Shown here piece after piece: positions 1-13,500 of a stretch of 64,000 nt of DNA. This DNA is from Paraspadella gotoi (taxonomy: Eukaryota; Animalia; Chaetognatha), in NCBI GenBank assembly GCA_051294375.1, contig CM119266.1, forward strand, positions 1,059,554-1,123,553, in the 5' to 3' direction. The notes under the pieces are model-generated. The model saw only the letters and a program-made list of their open reading frames with translations. It did not search any database and was not told the DNA's origin. The position numbers and the translations under genes are program-made. Each line of letters begins with the position of its first letter. The stretch's first letter is position 1.

Positions 1-445
1 TTTATTGATATTTTACAATATAAAAAAAATATTCTGGAGCATTTACAGCATTAATGTATTTTTAATACCGCTCTTTTTTGAACATATGAATTAAGATTTA
101 TCCCTGAATCTATTTGACATGAGACTTAGAAAAGGCAAGGATTTTTAATAGTAATGGTTTAACTCAAAAAGTAATGAGACAGCTCATATAAATCACAAAA
201 GGCCAAAGTTTTTTTATATCTAAATTTTATTTTTCGATTTTTACATTAAAATGCCGAATAATAGCTGGAAAGTAACCGCGAGAATTTTTTTTCCATCATG
301 GTATTAGAAAGACTATTTTTCCCAAAAATTTTAAAAAATTACAAAAACTAGGAACGGTCTTTTCGACAGGTGTTTGCTTTTATCGCGAACATTAAAAAAA
401 GCGGTACTCGCTTTAATCTCGCCGCCGGTGACTTCCGGCAAAATC

Positions 446-449
<4 letters not shown>

Positions 450-500
<51 letters not shown>
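450..500. repeat. (AG)n microsatellite
   Basis: About 25 perfect AG units. Similar tracts at about 23764-23802 and 28363-28400. Confidence 0.95.
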
Positions 501-502
<2 letters not shown>

Positions 503-532
503 GGGAGTAAATGGTCTATAAATGTTTATTAC

Positions 533-3500
533 CATCGCGGCGACGGGTTGATGGCCCAAACAGAGGAGACGACAATCTCTCAAACACCAAAATCCATCCG
601 CGCTTCTTTGGTAGACGGCGATGCGACCGTCCTCTAAGCCTGAGATGTGAACGAGATGTGAACGAGATGTGAACATCATGTAAATATGTAAATCATGTAA
701 ATAAGAAAACACGAAGAGAAAAAAAAAAGAAAGAAATACAAGTAAACGCTTTGTTCGCAGAAGAGTCACGTGTGCAAAGTCAGTTTGTTTCATGTTGAAA
801 TATGAAAATGTTACTGAAAACTTTTTCTAAACTTTCAGGAAGGGCTAAACTCTTGTTTAAAAAGGTTTAATTATAAAATTTGTCTATCATGTTTGAAAAT
901 TAGAATTATAACTTTATCTTGGAAAAGCTAATACTAAAGTTGAGCTGTTCTCAAAAAGAGAAAAAAAGAAAAGGAAGGCAAAATGGAAAAGAAGAAACGT
1001 ACCGAAAAAGACTTTGTCCTCGATGGCCCTGACGATGGTGGCCGCCTCGGGAGTGAGAAAGGAAGCGAGGTCGACCTTCCGTGGTGACTCGAGGCAATAG
1101 ATCCTCACCCGTCGGCTCTTGGCCGCCACCCAGAGGGTGTCGGTGGGGAAAATGAGGGTGTTGGCGTCTCTGAAGGTGGGTATAAGAAAGAGCAATGAAA
1201 TTGGTACAACCAATATAAAAATTATCCATTCATTTAATAAATAAGCTATCTTGCCCCTGACTTTGGACAGACTTTGGTGGTTTAAGGCCTCCATCACTCT
1301 TACAAGATAATGACATAGCAGGTCCCTGCAAGCTTTCAATTAAGACTCTCTCAGTTTATTCACTTCCAGAAAATATTTCAAAGAATGTTTCAATTGTATG
1401 AAAAGATCACTCCCTTAAACTGAAAATCTGTTTGGAATGTATTTTTATACATAATACATTTACAAATCCGGGGCTGACTCGCAATAAATCTTCATATTTC
1501 CAATGAAGTCACGATTTTGTAAGAGGAACTGGGATTTTGTTGTCGTTGTTGCCAATAAAACTAAGATCGCAATTCTTTCACTAACACACTTACTTAATCC
1601 CTCACTCACTTACTCCCTCACTCACCCGACGGCCTGGTCGACGGCGGGCCCCGGCGTCCCTGCGACGACCTCCATGGCGGTGATGCGGCACTCGGCCAGC
1701 GAGACGCTCTCCGCCACGACGGGTTCGCGCCTTCGGAGCGAGACAACGTCCACACGGGAAGAGAATTTGTCGCAGCTGCCGACGAGGAGTTGGGAGATGC
1801 CGGGCAGACCCGTCGACGGGGAAATGGGGGTATATCTGGGAGGGAGGATTGAATGAGGCAGACGTAAAAATGGTATCGGGGATTCGCCAGAGGGAAACAA
1901 AGATGTAAATACAAATAAAGAATAACATAATTCAGTCGCAACTTGCAAAACGACGCCGGAAGCACAGACTCGCACGATGGCGCTTATGCACGACTGGACA
2001 CTCAACACCGTCGATGGGGCATAATTAATAAATTTAATATTCAAATAATGAATGAGTTGAGGTCTGAAACCGGAAGAGGGGGACGAGCACTCCCTCAAAG
2101 GTGCACAAGTTTATTAACGGAAAAGCAAACTTTCAAACGTCAACGCGAAATAATTCGTGTCGACAGCATCGACCGCTTTGCGAAAACAAACAACCGAGCG
2201 CGACGGAAAATAAACAAATCGAAAAAAAGGAACGGACGAGAGATCATTCGCGAAAGAACGTCTCATTCATTCATACGCTTTGTGGAGGATGTGGCGAAGC
2301 ATCGCAGCAATATTTAAGTTATAAATTAAAAATTTATTAAAGAACTTTACATAAGTAAATTTAAACACTGTTTTAAGCGATCTGTCTTAAAAAAGGGTAA
2401 GGCTTCGCAATGCGATTATTGATCTTGTTTATGATTTAAAAAAGAAATATTAGTTTTCAATAAGCAGCAATAGATAAGAACTGTTCCTCCGCCCCTCGGA
2501 TTCATATTCAAAACAACCTCTCCTCCGAGAACCAGGAGAACTAAAAGAAATCCTCACTTCCGCAAGAAACAACCAATTAACAAAAGCCAAAAAAATATTT
2601 CTCGCTTTGCTCTTCTTTGGAAACGCCCGCGCCGAAAAACCTAGGAGTTCGTTATGGAGACTCAAAATGGGCCAAAGATAGCGCGCGACGACGTTCAATG
2701 GCACACGGAGCTTCTCAGGCGGGGCAAATTGCAGATTATGAAAGGTCACGACAAGAAACGACCATGTATCAAAAAGTTTCTTGGCGTTACCTCGGCACAC
2801 GGATACGCGCGCATTGTCGACCGTCAATATCCGACGGTCGTCAGATATTTCTGGTTGCTTCTCTGCCTGGTTTCGCTCGTCGTGTTTTTCTATTGCCTGG
2901 GCGAACTAATCAAGGAGTACGTGGGAAAGCCAACTTACAACTTGGTGCAGGTGGATTGCTTGGGAGCAGAGGCATATTTACCGGTGATCTCGCTGTGCAA
3001 TCAAAACGCCTTTAGACGGAGCGCCCTTCTAGAACTTAATGTTTCGAAGTACGAAAAAGACGAGGAGCTGTATGAAACTTTAAAGAGTCTGCAAGGTTGG
3101 TTTCGCAGAAGTAAAAAAGATGTCAAAAATAACTTTAGTAACCTTTTTGTACAATTTGTACAACCAATTATATTACAATCAACTCACATTCTATGAAATT
3201 CGAAGTAACACATTTCGAATCACAGGTATCGCCAAAAATTCTACACGAGAACAAATAGACTACTGGGATATGCAAATATTATGGCCTATCCTGTTCCAAC
3301 GATTAGCTGTTCCTTTCTTCGATCCAAATCTGGCAGAGACTTTGGGTCATCAGGCCATCGATTTTTTCAAAGGAAGCTTTGTTTTTGATTATGTGCGATA
3401 CAACATTTCCAACAGCACTGGACCGTTCAACCTTACCACGTATTCTCACACAATGTTCGGAAATTGCTTTACGTTTGCGTACACCCAAAATCTTTACTGG

Positions 3501-6500
3501 AACATATCAACTGGAAAACATACGGGACTCAAACTGGAAATCGACTTGCAAGAGGACGAGTACTCGGACGATTTCACAGCAATAGTGAGTTAAATCAGCA
3601 TAAAATGTCCTCACTAAGGTGTGGATTAAAACAGACAAACGGATTTATCGACATTTTTTAATCCAGGTGTTTTTTGAAGTCACCAGTGACGTTACATTAG
3701 GCATGACTTGAAATCTATAAAAACTAAAAACATCAAAGCATAATTCTCTTCCAGCCAGGAGTGAAATTGCTCGTTCATGACATGCGCGATCAGCCATGCA
3801 TTTTCTCACACAAATATTTGGACATTGAAAAACGCGACATGGCCTTCGTTGGTGTCACATTAAAAAAGATGGAGCGAATCAAGGATTGCAGGAAAGAATT
3901 TCCAGTTGTGAACGGAAAGCAACTCGAGGATCCTTGGTAAATATAACCATTATGTCTCAGGTTATGGCTATGAATAACAAAACGATATGAAAATTTATGA
4001 ACAATTATTATTTTCCTTTAAAAAAAGGTTTCCAAACGGAAATTACACGAGAACCAAATGTTTGTACGATTGCTCCAGAACATATTCCCCCAATTCATAT
4101 TTTTTCAAACCTATAAATTCTACCGTGGGAAGAAAGGGTACGTATGTTGTAATTAAGCGCTCTCTTTACATACTGTTCATCAAATCAACAATCATCCATT
4201 AGGACACAAGGACATCGCAACGTACGGAATATCCCCCATTGATAATCGCTGCTTGCACATATGCGAACCAGAGTGTGAAAAGAGCCTCTTTTCACTTACC
4301 ATAGAAAAGACTAAGGGAACGTCGAAGACGGCAAGTTCAAAAAAGTTTGGCATCGATTGTAATTTTAAAAAGTTTTTAGTCGGATCTGCTTTCAGCAGAT
4401 CCCGACTCTATAATTCACTTTGTCGGTCCGTCGGTCCGCCCCCTCAATCTTGTCGGGCATTCACATATATCATATGATAAACTAAGCAAAAAAAAAAAAA
4501 AAATGATGTCCGTCCGTCTGTCGTCCCACCTTGGCAAAAAACTCCAATTACTCGTGATTGGATGGGTGTGGGTAGGGAAGTGTGTGATTGAGTTGGAAAT
4601 CAAGTTTCGATGGAATCGTGCGAGTAGAAATGAGTTTAAATGGAAAAAAAATATATATATTTCACTATTTGAACACTAATTGCTCATGAGTAGATGGGGC
4701 GATTGACTATAAATTTTGTATGTGGGTAGGAAAGTGTGCGATTAAGCTGAAAATCAATTTTCGATGGAATCGTCTGAGTAGAATTGAGTTTAAATGGAAA
4801 AAACAAAAAACCTGTTTCACTAATTGATTATGCTTCTTTTTCTTTTTATATTAAATATAAATGCAAGATGTATTAATTAATCAGTTAATTAATCAATTAA
4901 TAAATAATTAATTGGTCAATTAATCGATAAATTAATTATTCAATCAAAAAAATTATTGAATAATTAATTAATAGATAACTAAATCAATCAATCAATTTAT
5001 AAATTAATTAATTATTTAATCAATTAATCAATCAAGTCAATCGTTATCGGCATTATTGTCATCATCGCCATCATCGTTGTCGTTGCTTTTGTCATGGTCA
5101 GTGACGAAAAGACCTAAAAACAAACATTTTGGATCAAAATAATTAATTTATTAATTAAATTATTATTTTAGTTTATATAGTTTGTATTAATTAATTAATT
5201 ACCGCTAATGATCGTGGGCAGATCCGACATAGTTTGCTCAAACTTGATTAGAATTACTTATTACTTCATACTTCAACGAAATTAAAAAGCACAACAAAAA
5301 TTTTAGATTTGATTCTATTGACCTATTTTAAAGTTGATTTTAATGACCCTTTGTCTTAAAACAACCTAGTCGTCCAAAATTATCAATTTTCGCGATAATA
5401 TATAATTAAATTATATATCAGGGTCCCCAAATAAACATCTACTTGGAGGACTTCGTGTACGAAAGGGTGACGGAGATCGACCGAGTTACTTTCCTCAGCG
5501 TGTTGAGCAACGTCGGAGGCTACTTGGGTCTCTACTTGGGCGCGTCGCTGCTCACCGTCTGCGAATGGTTTGAATTCTGCATCGCCATCTCATTCCTTTG
5601 CATCTTCGACAAGATCGCCGGGCGAAAAATAAGATCTTGATGAAGTTCGAAAATATCGACATCGAACTTTGAAGCGAATATATATTTATATATATATTTA
5701 TATTGGTTGTACCAATTTCATATATACTTGAACAAAATGAGCGATTGGAATAAAAGAAACCGTCATTATGCGGTTATGTAAAGTGTTTTATCAGGGATTT
5801 GACATTTTTAAATCTTTGTTTTCAATTTTAAATCAAATGTTAATAAAATGCTGTGGGATATCAGACAGAAAATAATTAATTGAATTCACGTCTGAAAACC
5901 TATAAGGGCCGACTGCCATATTTATTCACATGAACTTCCCGCGCCCCAAAGCGAATTCCTCACCTGACGACGCAGGCGACATTGACTTGCGAGTTCAAGG
6001 TTTCCAGCGGCAGGGCGGCGGAGAAGAGAGGCATGTTGGAGGAGATGCAACGATCGTTCTCGGACATGCTCCAGCAAGGAGAATTGCCCGGCGACTGGGC
6101 CAGCTTTGCCATTGTGAAATGGGCGATCCATTCCTTGAATGGAGTTAAAACGATTTGAATACGAAAAGAGCATAAGAGAAAAGCGTTTATTCAGTCTAAG
6201 CTAAATATACTAAGCAATAAACCGTACTAACCTCCTTAGTGTCGGGAGAATCCATTTGAAAGATGTACTGAATCGGCTTCCCGGCGTTGGCGGCTTTGGC
6301 GCCAGAGGACGGCACGGAGATTTGTATGGTGTTGCTGCCGACGATCTTGAGCTCCTCATTCTTGGCGGCGATGGCTCGGCGCAAATCATCAGTCGCACGT
6401 CGGATCACTCTGTGAAGGGGTAAAAATTATATGATAATATTTACAGAAACATATAATAGCAATAAAAAGATTTATAATTTCATTATCTAGTTGGAACACA

Positions 6501-9500
6501 ACTTGTTCGAACAAGTTAGTTCGTCCGTTCCCCTCCCCCCGTAGATCGTTAATTTATTTGTTTCTTTTACTCGAATAATCTGAGCGTTACCGACAATTTT
6601 TTGAATGGTTATTTCTTTAATTATTTTTTCTTTAAAATTGCTTTTTCTCATGTAAAATCCTAATCAGAAGTAAAAAAATTTCGTTCGAAGAGAAAACATA
6701 AGTCCAGCGATGTCTAGAGGCTCGCGCGGTGGGTCCAAGGTCATCGAGGACGACACCCTCTCATTCAATGCGTGGGAGATCAACGACAAACGCACCCATG
6801 TCACAAGAGTCATCCCGCCGAGGCTGCACCAAGTGATTAAAGGCGGGAGATGGAATCCTGAGAAACCCAAGACATGAGTGATTACGTGATTGCGTTCCTC
6901 AGATAATCCGGAGTCGGAAACAGACGCCCAAGGGCGAACGGAGAAAACGGCTGCTTTTGCCGCAAGGATGCGGCCCTTTTGGAGTGGGAAGCTTCGACGT
7001 CATGACGGATCCTGGATCGAAAGGGATTTTTTTCCGACTCTTTTACCCAATCACCAAGTGGAACATTGATAAGGCACGATCGCACGGGAGATTAAGGGGG
7101 TCGGGTAATTCTCAACGATTACATTAGCAAAAAGTTAACTGCTTTGACAGGACCCATCAATCGAGTATCCGCCCTGGATTCCCAGTCGCAAGTATTGCGC
7201 GGGATTCGCGAAGTACATGTCGCTTATGGGGCCCATGTCCAAGTCGGTGTACATGCGGTTCTTCGAACAACAGCGAAGTAGAATCTACGTGCCCACTTTA
7301 ACAAATGCGAGAATCATAAGCCCGGATGACCACACCAAGGAACTTCCCGTCATCGTCTTTTCTCACGGACTATCGTCGTGTAGAAGTTTATCGAGGTAAA
7401 ATACTTAGGCTATGAAGCGGAATAATTCACGTCTTTCCGTTGCCTATGATTCATACTCTCAGTACTATATGCATGGACTGGGCTTCGTATGGCTTCGTAG
7501 TTGCTGCTGTAGAGCACCGCGATGGCTCGGCAGCTTACACTTATCATTTGAAACCTGATATTGGACCTAAAGGGTCAACCAGTCATAAACCTACACTCCA
7601 AGATGAGGCAGTGGAAGATAATGACACGTTTTACACTGAACATGGAATGCTTATCATCAATGTAACACCAATTTTTGATTTTGGAGTGAGGAATCACCAG
7701 GTTGCGAATAAAAGTGACTTAAAAATTTTGAATTTAAAAAACTATAACTTTGATTTAATTACACTTTCTTAGTTATCCCATCGCAGACGAGAAGTCACTA
7801 ATTGTCTCAACGCATTAACGCGTCTTAATCTTGGCATGGGTGATCAATTCATTCTAATTGATCCGAGAACTGGATTAAAGGGAAAAATAAAATTTTTGAA
7901 AGACTACACATTGATCGATATGTTTTTGGTAAATTTAATTAACAGGCGACAGGTTTTGCATTTAATAAATTATCCCCGTATTCTCAGGGGAGATTAAATT
8001 TATCAGAAGCGATAGTTGCTGGGCATTCGTTTGGGGGTGCTACTGGGTTGGTCTCTGTATTAAAGGACGGGAGATTTAAGGTAATGATAGTAATTTTTTA
8101 GAGTTAAGAATTTGAGAATTTATTATCAACTAATTTAAGTGTGGGGTGGTAATGGATCCATGGACAACTCCACTAGGACCAGAAGTATATGAAACAAATG
8201 CTTTTTCGCGACCCTTCTTGATGATTGACTCAGATAAATGGTTCTCAGGTAATTTAATTAAAATTGTAAATTAACTTCCAAATAAACTTTTAAAACAATT
8301 GATTTCGTTATAGGTAAGAATGATTTGTCATTTTTACGAATTCTTTTGGCGGATCAAGTGAGAGCTCTTGCTGCGTGTCCATCAAGTATAGGTTCAATGA
8401 TATGCACTCTCAGAGGTAAAAATCATAAAGGGCTAAGTCTGAATATAGACTGAATTAACCATTTTGATTCCAGATACAAATCACCAGTCTTTTACGGATT
8501 TTTTGCTTATCTGTGGACCAAAAGTAGGAAGAATGTTTGGATTAAGGGACAAGAGTGAGCCTGTTAAAGTGATCCAATGCGTAAGGTTATATACCTCGTG
8601 TAATTAAAAAAATATATATAGTCATAAAAAATATTGGGGGGAAGAATGCCATATGAGATTTCGAGGGATTTGAAAACAATAAAACTAAACATGAAGTAGC
8701 AAAGCAATAAAGTTATTTTCCATACATTCAGTTTTATACAAGATTTCAAGCAATGTAACTACTCGTTAAAGAAAAAATATGTTAATTTTAGGCAGCTGAG
8801 TATTGCTTACATAAAAGAGAAAGCAAATGTCAGAAGCGTATGCTGGCCTCAAGGCTCTAAACATATTCTCCAGGTAATATGTATATAGAGAATTGTTATC
8901 AAATAGAGCAGAAGTAATATCATCAATATTAATCCTAACAGGCAGTCAGAGGCGGGGAGCATATGGAAATCAAACACGGTCACAGATTTTTAAAAAACCT
9001 CAAATTGGGTTACGAATTGGAGATGCAACGCCTCATAGCGTTTGAAAGACGGGCTAATAAAGTATACCGAAGCTAATGAGGGAGATGAAAAATTGCACAA
9101 TCAACACATCAAGTTTGTTATTTACAGGATAAAGCTCATGACTTTCACGTAACTGAACACGGAAGTCATCACAGGTATTTATATACATTAGATAATAAGA
9201 AAAATTCAATTTATTTTCAATGCTTGAGCGTCCAATTCCTTTAGACAAACTAAGCTAATTTATTTACTTTTTCAGGTCTATCGCTTTGGGAAAGTTTGTA
9301 AGCTCCACCCACTCAGTAGGTAAAATCAAAAATATGTTCAAAAAACGAGATATTAAGAAACCTTGTAAATAATACTTGTAACTCTTTTTACTAAAGTTGG
9401 TTTTTAAATTAGCCGATTAGTCGTCAGACAGTAATTGAAATGAAATTTGCAAACAATTATTAAACATTGTACAAAAATTTAACGCCTTTTATTATAGCAA

Positions 9501-10568
9501 AACAACAAAAACCCATAAAAAAGACAAACATGATGGAAGGACCCCATGATACTTTCAGATTTAGACAAGAGGTAAATTTTTACCTCGAGTACACAATATA
9601 GTATATACTGTAGGGCGTTTAAAAATAACAAAATATAACAAATAGAAGTCTGTAGAATTCGATGATGATAACCAATTTTTTGTACAGTTTCATCTTCTTC
9701 GTCGGAAATGGCGATTTTTGTAGCATATAAGGTACTATTAAAATGGAGCAAACACTATAGAGTATAAGAAACTCAAATTATTAAAATTTTATAAAAGTCA
9801 TATTTAGCTTACATAATATGAAAATAAATTCTTACATTTTAAAATTTTAATATAAAATTTTAATATAAAATTTTAAAGTCTAATTTAGTAATCAATGGAT
9901 GATGTTCCACGAAGAATTGTCTCCATCACAAGTAATCTTGCAATTTTTCATAAATATTTCAGTAAGTTTAATTACAAATTTTATATTTTATTAACTGTTT
10001 GTTAGCTATATTTTTAAATAATTATTAATAATTTTGAAGTATACTTTCAGTGGACAAAACATTTCTTATATGGCTCTATACCCAAATAATTAATTTTTTA
10101 ATATTTATTTATAGATAGGAAAGGCAAAATCTTTTTTTGATAGTTTTTAAATTTTATTACCAGATTCAGATAGCTCTACACATAAACAAAGTATAATTCT
10201 TTTTTAAATATTTTCATGATAAGTGAGTCAAAAATAAAAAAAAGGTAAAAAATCGTCATCATCATCATCTTTTGATGATTTTATCAGTTTTTTTTATTTT
10301 CACTTAGAAAATGTAAGAATTTTTAAAAGCTGTAATTATATTTCTTGTTTAACTTTTTATGCTCTATCAGAATCCATCAAAAAATTTTAAGATTTCAAAA
10401 AAATTTTAAAAGCATAAGGATTGTCGCAATTGCATAAAGAGAGAGAGAGAAAGAAATAAAAATAAAATAAAAACCCAATGATGCGATGGCAAAATGATAA
10501 CATTCACGAATGCGATGCCTAATTTTATGAGTTCAATCCTAATTCAATTTTTTTTTAAATAAAAACGC

Positions 10569-10599
<31 letters not shown>

Positions 10600-13500
10600 A
10601 AAAAGAAGCCAAATCGTTTTCGGACGAATCAGCAGCGGCAGCAGCAGAGGCAGCCAGAAAAAAAGAAAAATCAAAAGCAGAAGCAGCAGGAGAATGAGAA
10701 AAAGAAAGAAAATCCCTGCAGAGCCAGCTGCAGACTTTTTTTTCGATGAATCAGCCTGGGGAAAAGAGAGAAAGAGAGCTACATATAATTAAAAGAGAAA
10801 AGAGAGAAGGAGACATAAAAATAATATAGGAAATTTGTTTGTTTTGATAAAACATAAACAAAACATATTTAATAACTGTCCTCACCCAATTTCAAGGACC
10901 CTCGATGATGAGAATCTGTATATAAATTTTCAGCTTCATACATGGTGACAATTTTATATGCGCCGGTAGAAATATGCTGTCATTTGCAAACCAGTGGTTA
11001 TTTCATTGATTTTAAAAATTAGTTGAGTAGAAAATACTAAAACTATTTATGTGTTAAAATTTTATATTGATTAGTTAAGATATGCCTTGACAATGAGTGG
11101 AGAAAGTTGGCTTGTAAAATCGGGTATCATTTTCCAACTCACTGTTTTTCAATTCAATTTTTTTTTTAACTCTTAACACTTTTTTAAACAAAGTAGTTAT
11201 TAATATATTAACAATATTATTATCCTCAGAAAGCCCTTAAAAATACGAAGAGAATGATATACTTACGAAAGCTCTAACATAAAAAGTGAACTGCCCAGCC
11301 TTGGTTCAATTAAGAGTGTCAAAAGTGAATTATTAAAAATTTTAAATCTTTTTTCAAAATATATGACCTGTTTAAATTATTATAATATAAAATATTATTA
11401 TTTATATAAGTATCATAAAAGAGCCTGAGAAAAAAGGATTTAAGATAGCCAATCACAATTTGATAAATATTATAAATTTACACTCCAGCTATTTATTTTT
11501 AAAAAGATGTTGTGGCGGTATATTCACACCGCCTCACGCCCACCATCCGTCAGCCAAATCCATTGGCTCAGAGGGGGAACACACCATCCCAGGCGTAGTG
11601 TTCCATCCACAGTCCTAACGACTTCCCTCTGCGTTGGCAAAGCGAGACCGTCCTAGGGTAACCGCGCCAGTGACTGGAGGCGTCACTGAGGGTCGGAAGC
11701 CCCCAAAGCCAACAGTGAGATGCCCCATCCCAATGGGCATCACAGGCAACCCTGCTGTTGCCATAATGTCTCGTTTTTAAGTATCCTAATTAAATTAAAA
11801 CTGGGCCAGTTAAATTTTATACTACAGTATTTGTAAGTACGTCATTCTTTTTAGATTTGAAAGGGCTTTCAGAAGATAATAAAATTAATATTATTTTATT
11901 TCAAATTTCTTCAGAAAACTTACTGAAAAAAAAAAAAAAATTGAATCTAAAAAAAGTAAGTTGGAAAATGAAACCTGATTTTACAAGCCAACTTTCTCCA
12001 TTCATTGTCAATAATGTCAAGGCATATCTTAACTGATCAATATAAAATTTTAACAAATAGTTTTAGTATTATCTACTCAACTAAATTTTAAAATCAATGA
12101 AATAACTACTGGTTTACAAATGACAGCGTATATCTACCGGCGCTTGTAAAATTGTCACCATGTACACCCAAATTTAATCATCAAAAAGGCGATCTATAAA
12201 TTGGAACGCCGCCGCCGACGACAACAACTGCAAAGCCACAGCAAAATCGTCGCAAACGCAAAGCGATTGTGATGATAAAAAAATTTTATAATGTGAAAAA
12301 AGACAAATATTATAATATAATTTTTTTTTGAAAATGATTGCTTAAATATTTAGTCAAGACAACTAAAAAACTTTGCTAATAGTCGAAATTTTATATTATC
12401 TCCGGAGTTGGTCCCTAGTAAAATTATAGTTTTTCTGTATTTTGACCAACTTTATGACATAATTTTGATATAAAAATTATATTTTCTTATATCAACTTTT
12501 TGCAAGGAATGCAAATCTAGGAATAAATTTTTGAATTTTTTTTTAACTTTAACTTAATTTTTACTTATAATTATTAATAAATATAGCTAACTTTTTATAA
12601 AACATAACATTTAGAAATAAACTTACCAAAATATTTTTAGAAGTCTTTATTTTTATATTTCAAAAGCTCATATAAATTTTATGAAATTTTAATAATTTGA
12701 TTTATCATAACTTATTGTACTATTTTATAACAATTTTATATACATTAAAAATGGTCATTTCCGACAAGAAAGATAAAATTATACAAAAAATGGTCGTCAC
12801 CATCGAATTCTACAGACTACACTAAAATAGCTATGTACCTTATTCGATTTGTTATATTTTGTTATTTTTAAATGACCTAATATACTTTCTTCACGTTTGA
12901 TTTTGGAATCAGACCGAACTCATATCTCAAAGTACTCGGTGGAGCACTCCCGAGTTTTCGGAAGCGAGGAGCTTTTACCGTGAAGAAAAGAATTCTTGCT
13001 GTTCTTGCTGTATGCCCGAAATAAGAAAAGTAAAAGCGAAACCTGGAAGTACTTTAAGACGAGTACTGAGCGACAGCGAAGAAGAATCTATATATACAGG
13101 AAACTCCAATTCAATTTAATCTTTTTAACCTTTCCTAAATTAACAATTTACATTTAAGTTTCATAAATATTTACCAAAAACTAAATTTTAAACAGATGCC
13201 CGTTGGTTGCACAGAGCCACAAATTTTCCATTAGAAATTTGTTATTATGCCTTGATGAATTTTCCCGAAATGGAAGAAGCTGAAAAATGGTTGAATTACG
13301 AATCGTTTATGCATGGATACCGTAAACCACATCTTTCATTACCTAGAGGATTGGTTAGGTTATTAAATTTAAATAAATTAAATTTCTAAACATAACAGTA
13401 GACGCAGAGTAGTGACTACTGTAAAACATTATACCCGCGGCCTATTTTTAGCCTCATTACCGAAAAAAATGTCTGTTCAATGGTGGAACTGAAATTTCAC

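Larger units (their letters stand above)
10405..12283 (-). mobile_element. HINE-like family B copy, interrupted by a MITE
   Basis: Shares the aaagcataaggat(c/t)gtcgcaat end and the atcgtcgcaaacgcaaagcgattg..gataaaaa hairpin end with copies at 16.3, 22.6-23.5, 42.2 and 55.8 kb. It is split at cagcttcaTA by the 10941-12162 element. Confidence 0.8.
9613..12877. mobile_element. Long-TIR non-autonomous DNA element (outer shell of the nested insertion) in intron 1 of the EF-Ts-like gene
   Basis: 9613-~10030 is the reverse complement of ~12570-12877 (tttaaaaataacaaaatataacaaat / atttgttatattttgttatttttaaa; gtctgtagaattcgatg / catcgaattctacagac; gtcggaaatg / catttccgac). Removing it leaves a typical ~80-nt intron. 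Confidence 0.75.

Noticed and set aside
642-674. Short tandem repeats (gagatgtgaac x3; also 15415-15445, 15643-15682 and 50817-50847) as CRISPR-like or regulatory arrays
   Set aside because: There are no spacers; these are simple intronic slippage repeats in a eukaryotic context.
11511-11765. Hammerhead ribozyme (retrozyme) call
   Set aside because: No CUGANGA plus GAAA core was found on either strand by eye.
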